From Coriobacteriia bacterium (GTDB lineage: Bacteria > Actinomycetota > Coriobacteriia > Anaerosomatales > JAJZPX01): DNA of 64,000 nt. Location of the stretch: positions 8,976-72,975 of the forward strand of contig DASXUP010000013.1 of assembly GCA_036504755.1 (NCBI GenBank). The letters are read 5' to 3'. Shown piece after piece: positions 8,676 to 16,567 of the stretch. Position 1 is the first letter of the stretch; each line of letters opens with the position of its first letter. Under the pieces are notes generated by a model. The model searched no databases. It was given only the letters and a program-made list of their open reading frames with translations, and was not told the origin of the DNA. The position numbers and the translations under genes are program-made.

Positions 8676-10240
8676 CCGCCTTCTTCGGCGCAGCCGCGAT
8701 CGGAGGGCAGCGCCACTACGAAACGCGCGCCGTGCGGCTCCGCGTCCTCGACGTACAGGCGCCCGCCGTGGCTGCGCACGATCTCGCGTGCGATCGGAAG
8801 ACCTAGGCCCGTGCCGCCCGGAGCTTGGCCGGACGCTGCCCCGCGAAAGAACTTCTCGAAGATGCGGGACCTCTCGGTGCCCCCCACTCCCGGCCCGCGG
8901 TCCTCCACGGCGATGAGGACCTCGCCGGCGCGGACCGAGGACGTGACGACCACCGTCTCGCCCGGCGGCGAGTAGGCCAGGGCGTTCTCGACGAGGTTGA
9001 AGAGCGCCCGAGCGAGCTGCGAGAAGTCCGCACAGATAGTCGGCGCCCCCTCCGACAGCGAGAAGTGGACGCGGCCGCGCTGCGCGGCGGGCAGGCGGGA
9101 GACCACCGTCCCGAGGATGTCGCCGACGTCGTACAGCTCGCGATGCGGCCGCCAGGCGTCCGACTCGAGGCGCGAGAGGTCGAGCAGGTCGCCGATGGAC
9201 GCGTTCAGCCGCTGGAGGTCCTCGGCCACCTCGGTCAGCTCCTCCCCGAGACGGCCCGGCGCGACGACCGCCTCATCGATCAGGCCCGTCACTCGCGCGG
9301 TGGCCGCCGCGAGCGGAGTCTTGAGCTCGTGCGACACGGACGACACCAGCGTGCTCTTCAATTTGTCCGCCTCGCGGAGGGCGGCGGCGTGAGAGGCCTC
9401 CTCCTCTAGCCTCTGGCGCTCGAACGATGCCGCGACCAGGTTGGCGACGGCGACGAGCAGCGCCGGGTCGGCGGCGTCGGAGATCTTGTCGGAGGCGGGC
9501 AGGACGGCGTGCAGGACGCCCTCGCGGCTGTCGGCGGTCTGCAGGGGGAAGTACGCGCCTTCGGACGTCACGCCCGGCAGCGCCTCGGTCGCGCTCACCG
9601 AAGCCGTGCCGTCCTCGGTACTTGAGGGGACGCCTACCGGTCTGCCGTTGCGCAGCACCCAACGCACGAGCGCTGCCTCGCCCGGCGACGGTTTCTGCCG
9701 GCCCGCGGTCGCCAGGCATCGGGCGGCGGGCGCGCCGGCGGGCGCGGCGTAGAGCGCCGCGCGTTCCGCGCCGAGGACGGCGGTCACCTGGCGGACGACG
9801 AAGGCCGCCACCTCGGCCGGAGAGCTCGCGGTGGCGATGCGGAAGGAGAGGCGGTTCAGGAACTCGAGCTCCATCTGCCTCCGCGTGGCCGCGCGCTGGC
9901 GGCGCCTCAGCTGGCCGGTCTGCTGCCCGGCGACGAGCGCGACGACGACGAACACGACGAGTCCGATCCATTCAGCCGCCGACCGGACGGTGAGGCGGTA
10001 GTAGGGCGGCATGAAGAGGAAGTCCATCGCGAAGAAGGCAAGAACGGACGCGGCGGCCGAGGGTCCGACGCCGAAGACGCGCGCCAGCCCGATGATGACC
10101 GGCACGAACAGCAGCATGAGGGTAGGCGGCTGGAGTATCGGCCGCAGCGGCAGCAGCAGGAGCGCGGCGGCCAACACCGCCGCGGTGGCGGTCGGATAGC
10201 CGCCGGCCGCGTATGGGAAGCCGTCAAGACGCATTCTCAT
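8672..10240 (-). CDS. Sensor histidine kinase of the KdpD C-terminal type (DUF4118 membrane domain, GAF-like, HisKA, HATPase), lacking the N-terminal KdpD/Usp module
   Basis: Four N-terminal hydrophobic helices begin at residue ~15 (AVLAAALLLLPL, LMLLFVPVIIGLARVF, VLAFFAMDFLFMPP, IGLVVFVVVALVAG). H-box SHELKTPL. N/G boxes LFNLVENALAYS, DRGPGV and GTGLGLPIAREIV. Confidence 0.9.
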   Translation of the reverse strand: MRMRLDGFPYAAGGYPTATAAVLAAALLLLPLRPILQPPTLMLLFVPVIIGLARVFGVGPSAAASVLAFFAMDFLFMPPYYRLTVRSAAEWIGLVVFVVVALVAGQQTGQLRRRQRAATRRQMELEFLNRLSFRIATASSPAEVAAFVVRQVTAVLGAERAALYAAPAGAPAARCLATAGRQKPSPGEAALVRWVLRNGRPVGVPSSTEDGTASVSATEALPGVTSEGAYFPLQTADSREGVLHAVLPASDKISDAADPALLVAVANLVAASFERQRLEEEASHAAALREADKLKSTLVSSVSHELKTPLAAATARVTGLIDEAVVAPGRLGEELTEVAEDLQRLNASIGDLLDLSRLESDAWRPHRELYDVGDILGTVVSRLPAAQRGRVHFSLSEGAPTICADFSQLARALFNLVENALAYSPPGETVVVTSSVRAGEVLIAVEDRGPGVGGTERSRIFEKFFRGAASGQAPGGTGLGLPIAREIVRSHGGRLYVEDAEPHGARFVVALPSDRGCAEEGG

Positions 10241-10280
10241 GAGGCGCAGCGTAGCACTCGCCGCGCCACAGCGGGCAGCC

Positions 10281-10946
10281 TTACAGGTCGACGCCGAAGC
10301 AGCGGCGCAGCTCGCGCTCCTCGCCCACCTCGGACAGGATCAGGACCTCGTCTCCCACGCCGAGCACCTGGTCCGGATGCGGCACCACGATCTCGCCTTT
10401 GGAGACGATCGCCATGATGTGCGTCTTGCTCGGCATGTGCAGGTCGCCGAGGCGCTTCCCGACAGCCTGTGCATCGGCCGACAGCTTGATGTCGTCGATC
10501 ACCATGTTCTCGGTGGACAGCCCCATGAGCGTTATCACGTCGCCGAGGCTGACCTCTTTCTCGATGAGGTTGTAGATGACCGAGGCGGTCGAGACGCCGA
10601 CGTCCACGCCCCAGGCCTTCGTGAACATCCACTCGTTCTTCGGGTGGTTCGTGCGCGCGAACACCTTGGGCACGCGGTGCGTACGCTTCGACAGGAACGA
10701 CACCACGAGGTTGTCCTCGTCGTCGCCCGTCAGCGCCGCGACCAGGTCTACCTCGGCGGCCCCGGCCTTGTCGAGCACGGCGGGCTCGCATCCGTCACCC
10801 TGGATGATGTCCAGGTGCGGGAGGCGCTGCCTGACGAACTCGACGCGCTCCGGGCGGATCTCCACGATCTTGACCTGGTGCTTCTGCTGAAGCTTCTCCG
10901 CCAGGTAGAGGCCGGCCTTGCCGGCGCCGACGATAAGCACGTTCAT
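10281..10946 (-). CDS. TrkA/RCK-family protein (TrkA-N + TrkA-C), cassette 1, second RCK gene
   Basis: MNVLIVGAGKAGLYLA Rossmann motif, TGDDEDNLVV, and a C-terminal RCK_C-like segment (ADAQAVGKRLGDLHMPSKTHIMAIVSKGEIVVPHPDQVLGVGDEVLIL). The AGGTGG ribosome-binding site overlaps the previous stop codon. Confidence 0.9.
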   Translation of the reverse strand: MNVLIVGAGKAGLYLAEKLQQKHQVKIVEIRPERVEFVRQRLPHLDIIQGDGCEPAVLDKAGAAEVDLVAALTGDDEDNLVVSFLSKRTHRVPKVFARTNHPKNEWMFTKAWGVDVGVSTASVIYNLIEKEVSLGDVITLMGLSTENMVIDDIKLSADAQAVGKRLGDLHMPSKTHIMAIVSKGEIVVPHPDQVLGVGDEVLILSEVGEERELRRCFGVDL

Positions 10947-10956
10947 CGCGGGCCAC

Positions 10957-11628
10957 CTACTCCTTCAGCCCGAGCAGCCGCTCGAGCTTCTCGGTGCTCT
11001 CGTTCAGCACGTTGAGGAACAGCACGTCGTCCTTCTGGAACGTCACCCCGGACGCGGGGAGCATCGCCTCGCCCTCGCGGACGATCGACGCGACCCGGAT
11101 CTCACCCGGGACGTCGAGATCGAGCACGGATCGTCCTTCGAGCCCGGCCGGCAGCTGGACCTCGTACATCTTCACCTCGCCGTTCCCGAACTGGTAGTCG
11201 CTGTGCATGTCGGGGTGCGTGATGAGGTCGAGCAGCCGCGCGCTCGTCCAGGTGACCGACGCGATGGTCGATATGCCGAGGCCGCGGTATATCTCGGCGC
11301 GCCGCGGGTCGTAGATGCGCGCGATGACGCGGGGGACGCGGTAGTACTCCTTGGCGTTGCGCGCCGCGACGATGTTGCTGTTGTCGCCCGAGGTGACCGC
11401 GGCGAAGCAGTCCGCGTCGCGCACGCCCGCCGCCTCCATGACCTCGCGGTCGAACACTTGCCCGACGAACTTCCCGCCGAGGATGCCGTCACCTTCGTCC
11501 TCGTCGAACGCGTGCGGATCCTGGTCGATCACGGACACGGAGTGCCCCTCGTACTCGAGCATGTGCGCGAGGATGCGACCCACACGCCCGTACCCTCCGA
11601 TCAGGACGTGCATATGATGCATCGCCAT
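10957..11628 (-). CDS. TrkA/RCK-family protein (CeoB-like, TrkA-N + TrkA-C), cassette 1, first RCK gene
   Basis: HVLIGGYGRVGRILA, AVTSGDNSNIVAAR, ARIYDPRRAEIYRGLGI, and RCK_C-like LEGRSVLDLDVPGEIRVASIVREGEAMLPASGVTFQKDDVLFL. It starts 7 nt after the ATPase stop. Confidence 0.9.
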   Translation of the reverse strand: MAMHHMHVLIGGYGRVGRILAHMLEYEGHSVSVIDQDPHAFDEDEGDGILGGKFVGQVFDREVMEAAGVRDADCFAAVTSGDNSNIVAARNAKEYYRVPRVIARIYDPRRAEIYRGLGISTIASVTWTSARLLDLITHPDMHSDYQFGNGEVKMYEVQLPAGLEGRSVLDLDVPGEIRVASIVREGEAMLPASGVTFQKDDVLFLNVLNESTEKLERLLGLKE

Positions 11629-11635
11629 CGCCGGG

Positions 11636-14494
11636 TCACCCCACCTTCACGGTCGAAACGCTCGTCGTCCTTCGCAGTACGAACTTGCGGATCTCGTCGG
11701 CTATCAGCAGCAGCGGCCAGAACGCCGCCAGCACGAGCCACTCGTTGAGCGTGAGCGGCGCGGTGCTGAAGATCCGCTGCAGGGCCGGGATGTACATCAG
11801 CGCCGCGACGCCCAGGATCTCGCCCGCGATACCCCACAGTCGAAGCTTATTCGAAAAGAAGCCGACCTTGAGGATAGACTGCCGATGCGTCCGCATGGCG
11901 AACCCGTTCCCGACCTGTGCCATGACGATACCCGTCAAGGTCATGGTGGTGGCGGCGGCGTAGACGCCGGTGGCCCCGATGGCGCCGCCGGGCATGTTCC
12001 CGAAGTGCGCCATCGCGCTCCACTGCCCGAAGTGCCAGCCCGCTTCCATGTAGCGGTGGAAGAACCCGTACAGCCCGACCGCCGCCGCCATAGGGCCGAG
12101 GAACACATACGCCTTCAGGAGCATGCCGGTCGTGAGGATCGGCTCCTTCGGGCTCTTCGGCGGCCGCGCCATGACGCCCGGCTCGGGCTGCTCGAGGCCT
12201 AGGGCGAGGGCGGGGACCTGGTCGGTGAGCAGGTCGATGGTCAGGATCTGGAGCAGCGTGAGCGGCAGCGGGATCCGGAGGAACACCAGCGCCAGGAACG
12301 GGAACATCTCGGCCACGTTGGAGGTCTGGAAGTACGTCAGGAAGCGGCGGATGTTGTCGAAGATCGCCCGGCCCTCCTCGACCGCGTGGACGATCGAGGC
12401 GAAGTTGTCGTCCGTGAGGATCATGTCGGCCGCCTCGCGCGCGACGTCCGTGCCGGCCTTGCCCATCGCGATGCCGATGTCGGCGGCCTTCAGCGCCGGG
12501 GCGTCGTTCACGCCGTCGCCCGTCATCGCGACGACCTCGCCCATCGACTGGAGCTTCTGGGCGATGCGCATCTTGTGCTCCGGTATGACGCGCGCGAACA
12601 CGACCTCGCCCCTGAGCGCCTCCTCGAGATCCCCATCGTCTATCGTATCGAGGTCCTTGCCGGTGATGATGCGCGCGAGCGGGTGGGTGATGATCCCGAT
12701 CTTGCGCGCGATCGCCTCGGCCGTGAGCCCGTAGTCGCCCGTGATCATCACAACGTGGATGCCGGCAAGATGGCACTCCTCGACCGCCGCGGCCACTTCC
12801 GGCCGAGGCGGGTCCTGCATCGCTTCGAGGCCGAGCAGCGTGAGCTTCTGCTCCATCGCCGACATGTCCGCCGGGTCGTCCGTGGCGGCTACCTCGCGGG
12901 TGCAGACGGCGATGACGCGCAGCGCTTCGCGGGCGAGGCGGTCGTTGGCCGCGAGTGCGTCCTCGCGGTCCCGGTCGGTTATCGGGCGGACGCCCTCGGC
13001 CGTGCGGACGTGCGTGCACAGCTCGATCGTCTCCTTCGGCGCCCCCTTGGTGTACGCGCGAAGGCCGCTGCCCGTGTCGCACACGATCGTCATACGCTTG
13101 CGCGCGGAGTCGAAGGGGTGCTCGTAGCGCCGCTCGCAGCGCTGGTGCAGATCCTCGACGTCGAAGCCGCCCTTCGCGGCCGCGACCAGCATGGCGGCCT
13201 CGGTCGGGTCGCCGACGATCCCCCAGCGGTCCGAGTCGCCCTCCGGCGGCTTCATCCGGGAGTTGTTGCACAGCGCGCCGCCTATGAGGCACTCGTCCAG
13301 CAGCTCCCGGGCATCGCCCGTGACGGCCGCCCCGTCCGCTTCGAACGCGCCGTCGGGCGCGTAGCCGACGCCGCTGACCTCGACACGCAGCCCGGGCAGC
13401 CATACCTCGCGCACCGTCATCTGGTTCGCGGTCAGTGTCCCGGTCTTGTCCGTGCAGATGTACGTGGTGGAGCCGAGCGTCTCCACGCTCGACAGCTTCT
13501 TCACCAGAACGTGCCGCTTCGCCATCCGTTGGGCGGCCACCGACAGCGCCATGGTAAGAGTGGGGAGCAGGCCCTCGGGGACGTTGGCGACGATGATGCC
13601 GATCGCGAACACGACCGCTTCCAGAAGGCTCATGCCGACGAAGACGCGCCCGATCACGCCGAAGAACACGCCCAGCACGATGGCGATGAGCGAGATGATG
13701 CGAGAGAGGCGCGCCACGTTCTTCTGCAGCGGCGACAGGCGCTCGGCGACGCTCTGGGTGAGCCCGGCGATCTTGCCGAACTCCGTCTTCATGCCGGTGG
13801 CGTACACCACGCCCCGGCCGGCCCCCAGCACCGCGGTGCTGCCCATGAACACGAAGCTCTCGACGTCGGTGATCGACGGCGCCGTGCCGCACAAGCTGTC
13901 CGCCCGGCGCACCACCGGGTCGACCTCGCCTGTGAGTGCTGAGTTGTCGACACGCAGGTCCGCCGAGTAGACGAGCCGCGCGTCGGCGGGGACGAGGTCG
14001 CCCTCCTCGAGGTAGATGACGTCGCCTGGCACGAGGTAGCGCGCCTCGATGTCCTGCACCTGGCCGTCGCGCACCACTCTAGCCATCGGCGGCAGGAGGT
14101 TGCGCAGCGCCTCGATCGCCTTCTCGGCGCGGTACTCCTGCACGAACGCGAAGACGGCGTTGATGAGGATGACGATGATGATCGCCACGCCGAGGGCGGC
14201 CTGGTCCGAGAAGAACGCCAGCACCGTGGCCGCCCACAGCAGCAGCGCGAACGTGTTGACGAGGTGCGCGCCGAAGCGCTTCCACATCGGCACCGGCTTC
14301 TTCGCCGAAAGCACGTTCTCGCCGAACAGCGCGGCTCGCGCTGCGGCCTCCTCGGCCGTCAGGCCCTTCCTGGAGGTGTACAGCACGCCGTAGACGTCTT
14401 CGGCGGGTACGCCGCACAGGTCGAGCGGCTCGAAGTGCAGCAGTCCTTCGCGCTCGATCGCGGGATCCGTTGCCGGCATCATAGGGCGGGCCAC
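11636..14494 (-). CDS. P2-type cation-transporting ATPase (Na,K/H,K-ATPase-alpha-like ion-site residues), cassette 1
   Basis: LTGEVDP (TGE), ICTDKTGTLT, TKGAPKE, MQDPPRPEV, VMITGDYG and VAMTGDGVNDAPALK. TM4 IVANVPEGLLPT, TM5 FQTSNVAEM, TM6 LTIDLLTDQVPALALG. The start is GTG 14494 or ATG 14482/14479. Confidence 0.95.
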   Translation of the reverse strand: MARPMMPATDPAIEREGLLHFEPLDLCGVPAEDVYGVLYTSRKGLTAEEAAARAALFGENVLSAKKPVPMWKRFGAHLVNTFALLLWAATVLAFFSDQAALGVAIIIVILINAVFAFVQEYRAEKAIEALRNLLPPMARVVRDGQVQDIEARYLVPGDVIYLEEGDLVPADARLVYSADLRVDNSALTGEVDPVVRRADSLCGTAPSITDVESFVFMGSTAVLGAGRGVVYATGMKTEFGKIAGLTQSVAERLSPLQKNVARLSRIISLIAIVLGVFFGVIGRVFVGMSLLEAVVFAIGIIVANVPEGLLPTLTMALSVAAQRMAKRHVLVKKLSSVETLGSTTYICTDKTGTLTANQMTVREVWLPGLRVEVSGVGYAPDGAFEADGAAVTGDARELLDECLIGGALCNNSRMKPPEGDSDRWGIVGDPTEAAMLVAAAKGGFDVEDLHQRCERRYEHPFDSARKRMTIVCDTGSGLRAYTKGAPKETIELCTHVRTAEGVRPITDRDREDALAANDRLAREALRVIAVCTREVAATDDPADMSAMEQKLTLLGLEAMQDPPRPEVAAAVEECHLAGIHVVMITGDYGLTAEAIARKIGIITHPLARIITGKDLDTIDDGDLEEALRGEVVFARVIPEHKMRIAQKLQSMGEVVAMTGDGVNDAPALKAADIGIAMGKAGTDVAREAADMILTDDNFASIVHAVEEGRAIFDNIRRFLTYFQTSNVAEMFPFLALVFLRIPLPLTLLQILTIDLLTDQVPALALGLEQPEPGVMARPPKSPKEPILTTGMLLKAYVFLGPMAAAVGLYGFFHRYMEAGWHFGQWSAMAHFGNMPGGAIGATGVYAAATTMTLTGIVMAQVGNGFAMRTHRQSILKVGFFSNKLRLWGIAGEILGVAALMYIPALQRIFSTAPLTLNEWLVLAAFWPLLLIADEIRKFVLRRTTSVSTVKVG

Positions 14495-14689
14495 CCGATG
14501 ACGCCGGTGGACCGCCGCCCGAGCGAGTGGGTCTCCATGCTCATCTTCGCCGACGACACCGGCGCCTCCAGTCGTAACGCCGCCGAGGCGGCCTCAAGGC
14601 ACGACAGCGGGAAGTATGCCCCTTGAGGTGTTGGAAGCGCGTGAAGAGGCGGTCGCCGGTCGTGAAGAATCCGTTAAGAACCCGGATCT

Positions 14690-15484
14690 CTACCAAAGGC
14701 GGTAGTAGCCGCCGCGCTCGCTCACCTGCGCCGGGTATCGGAAGAGCGCGCCGAGCCGTTCGGCGGTGAGCGCCCGGGACTTCGGCAAGTCGGCGAAGAT
14801 CCTGCCCTCGGCAAGCATCACCACGCGCTCGATCTCCGGGATGATGTCGGCGATGTCGTGCGTCACGAGCACGATCCCCGTCCCCGCTCGCGCCAGGTCG
14901 CGCAGCAGTTCCCGCAGGTCGAAGCGGCCGCGGGGATCCAGCCCGTCGAACGGCTCGTCCAGGATCAGCGTCTCCGGCCGGTGGGCGAGCGCGCGCGCGA
15001 TGAGTGCCCGCCGGGCCTGCCCCGTCGACAAGGTGTCCACCCGCCGTTCCGCCAGCCCCGAGATGCCGAGGAAGCTGAGCACGTCGAGCGTGCGCTCGCC
15101 CATCTCGGCGGTCACGCGCTGGTGCGGGTACGTCCCGATCGAGCCGAAGAAGCCGCCGAGCACGAGCTGCCGCACCGTGACCGGACGGGCGCAGGCGGCT
15201 GCGAGCGCATCGGACACGACGCCGAGGTGGCGCCGTACCTCGAACAGGTCCCAGCGCTCCTGCCCCAGCACGCGCACGCTGCCCACGCCGTCCGAGCGGA
15301 TGCGCGCGTCGCCGGCTATCGTCCGGACGAGCGTCGACTTCCCCGAGCCGTTCGGTCCGATGATGGCGACGTGCTCGCCACGCTCGAACGCCAGCGTGAC
15401 GCGGTCGAGCACGACGTTGGCGCCGAGCACGACCGAGGCGTCGCGGAACTCGACGAGTTGGCGGTCGCCGGCTGAAGACGTCAC
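14690..15484 (-). CDS. Orphan ABC-type ATPase (ModF/YlmA-like nucleotide-binding domain, no permease nearby)
   Basis: GTG 15484 overlaps the TGA of the upstream TrkA-N gene (GTGA). Walker A GPNGSGKST, signature LSTGQARR, Walker B LILDEP, H-loop VTHD. It is the C-terminal 264 codons of track ORF 14690..15793. Confidence 0.8.
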   Translation of the reverse strand: MTSSAGDRQLVEFRDASVVLGANVVLDRVTLAFERGEHVAIIGPNGSGKSTLVRTIAGDARIRSDGVGSVRVLGQERWDLFEVRRHLGVVSDALAAACARPVTVRQLVLGGFFGSIGTYPHQRVTAEMGERTLDVLSFLGISGLAERRVDTLSTGQARRALIARALAHRPETLILDEPFDGLDPRGRFDLRELLRDLARAGTGIVLVTHDIADIIPEIERVVMLAEGRIFADLPKSRALTAERLGALFRYPAQVSERGGYYRLW

Positions 15485-15897
15485 TGCTTCGTGACGACGT
15501 GCTTCTCTAGAAGGTTCGCGATCATGGACGTGTTCGACACGGGTATGTCCACGCCGAACTCGTCGGTGAACAGCCACTCGTTCTTCGGGTTGTTTATGCG
15601 CGCGATGGTGAGCGGCACCTTGTACTCGTACTTCCCGAGCAGGCACACCACGAGGTTGTCTTCGTCGTCGCCGGTGGCCGCGACGATCGCGTCCGCCTTC
15701 GTGACGTTCGCGTCCTCCAGGATGTACGGCTCGTCGCCGTCGCCGCAGATCAGCCGCACGTTGTCCTGGAGCTCGCCTTCCAGACGCGTGCACTGCTCCG
15801 GCCTGAACTCCACCAGCGTGACCTCGTGACCGGCCTCTCCGAGCATCTGAGCGAGGAACGAACCGACCTTGCCCCCGCCGACTATGACTACGACCAT
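15481..15897 (-). CDS. TrkA-N-only RCK protein (138 aa, no RCK_C domain), cassette 2, second RCK gene
   Basis: MVVVIVGGGKVGSFLA, TGDDEDNLVV and ARINNPKNEWLF. It is clearly paralogous to the N-terminal half of 10281..10946 but ends after about 138 aa. The TAGGAGG ribosome-binding site overlaps the previous stop. Confidence 0.85.
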   Translation of the reverse strand: MVVVIVGGGKVGSFLAQMLGEAGHEVTLVEFRPEQCTRLEGELQDNVRLICGDGDEPYILEDANVTKADAIVAATGDDEDNLVVCLLGKYEYKVPLTIARINNPKNEWLFTDEFGVDIPVSNTSMIANLLEKHVVTKQ

Positions 15898-15908
15898 CTC
15901 TTCGCCTC

Positions 15909-16556
15909 CTACAGGCCGATCATGCGCTTGAACTTCGGCATAGCGGTGGTGAGGACGGCGAGCTCCAGCACGTCTCCCTCGCGGAAGGTCGCGCCGGTCG
16001 CCGGGATGAACGACTGTCCCGCCCTGATGATGGCCACCACGAGCACCTCGTTCGGCATCGAGATGTCTTCGACGCGCCTGCCGATGAGCTGCTGCGTCAC
16101 GGACAGCTTCACCAGCTGCACCTCGCCGTCACCGAGGGTGGTGTCTCGCACGAGCGCCTGGTGCATGACGATCGACATGATCTCGTTCACGGCCCACGAG
16201 ACCGACGAGATCGTCGGGATGCCGAGGCGCCGGTAGATGTCGGCGCGGCGGGGGTCGAAGATGCGTGCGACCACCTTGGGGATGCGGTAGATGTCCCGCG
16301 CGATCGTGGAGGAGACGACGTTGCTGTTGTCGCCGCTGGTGACCGCGACGAACGCGTCGGCCATGTCCGCCCCGGCCTTCGTCAGAACGTCCCGGTCGAA
16401 GACGAGACCCTTGACCGTGATCCCCTTGAACGCCTTCCCGAGCCGCTTGAACGCCGCGGGGTCCTTGTCGATGACCGCGACGTCATGCCCCTCGGCCGAG
16501 AACTTGGTCGCGAGCAGGGCGCCTACACGACCGCATCCCGCGATTATGACCTTCAC
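15909..16556 (-). CDS. TrkA/RCK-family protein (CeoB-like), cassette 2, first RCK gene
   Basis: GTG start with a GAGGGAGG ribosome-binding site that overlaps the ATPase stop. KVIIAGCGRVGALLA, AVTSGDNSNVV, ARIFDPRRADIYRRLGI, and RCK_C-like LIGRRVEDISMPNEVLVVAIIRAGQSFIPATGATFREGDVLEL. Confidence 0.9.
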   Translation of the reverse strand: MKVIIAGCGRVGALLATKFSAEGHDVAVIDKDPAAFKRLGKAFKGITVKGLVFDRDVLTKAGADMADAFVAVTSGDNSNVVSSTIARDIYRIPKVVARIFDPRRADIYRRLGIPTISSVSWAVNEIMSIVMHQALVRDTTLGDGEVQLVKLSVTQQLIGRRVEDISMPNEVLVVAIIRAGQSFIPATGATFREGDVLELAVLTTAMPKFKRMIGL

Positions 16557-16567
16557 TTTCGCCTCCC

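Noticed and set aside
14479-14544. 21-codon upstream ORF (MSMETHSLGRRSTGVIGWPAL) whose TGA overlaps the ATGATG at the start of ATPase 1
   Set aside because: It has no convincing ribosome-binding site, and the peptide is not hydrophobic (not KdpF-like). An ORF this short is expected by chance. It is worth revisiting only if it is conserved upstream of orthologous pumps.
14594-14627. 8-bp inverted repeat (CCTCAAGG...CCTTGAGG) in the 195-bp gap between the ABC gene and ATPase 1
   Set aside because: It has a large 19-nt loop and no U tract on the transcribed (minus) strand. I cannot call it a terminator or an operator from the sequence alone.
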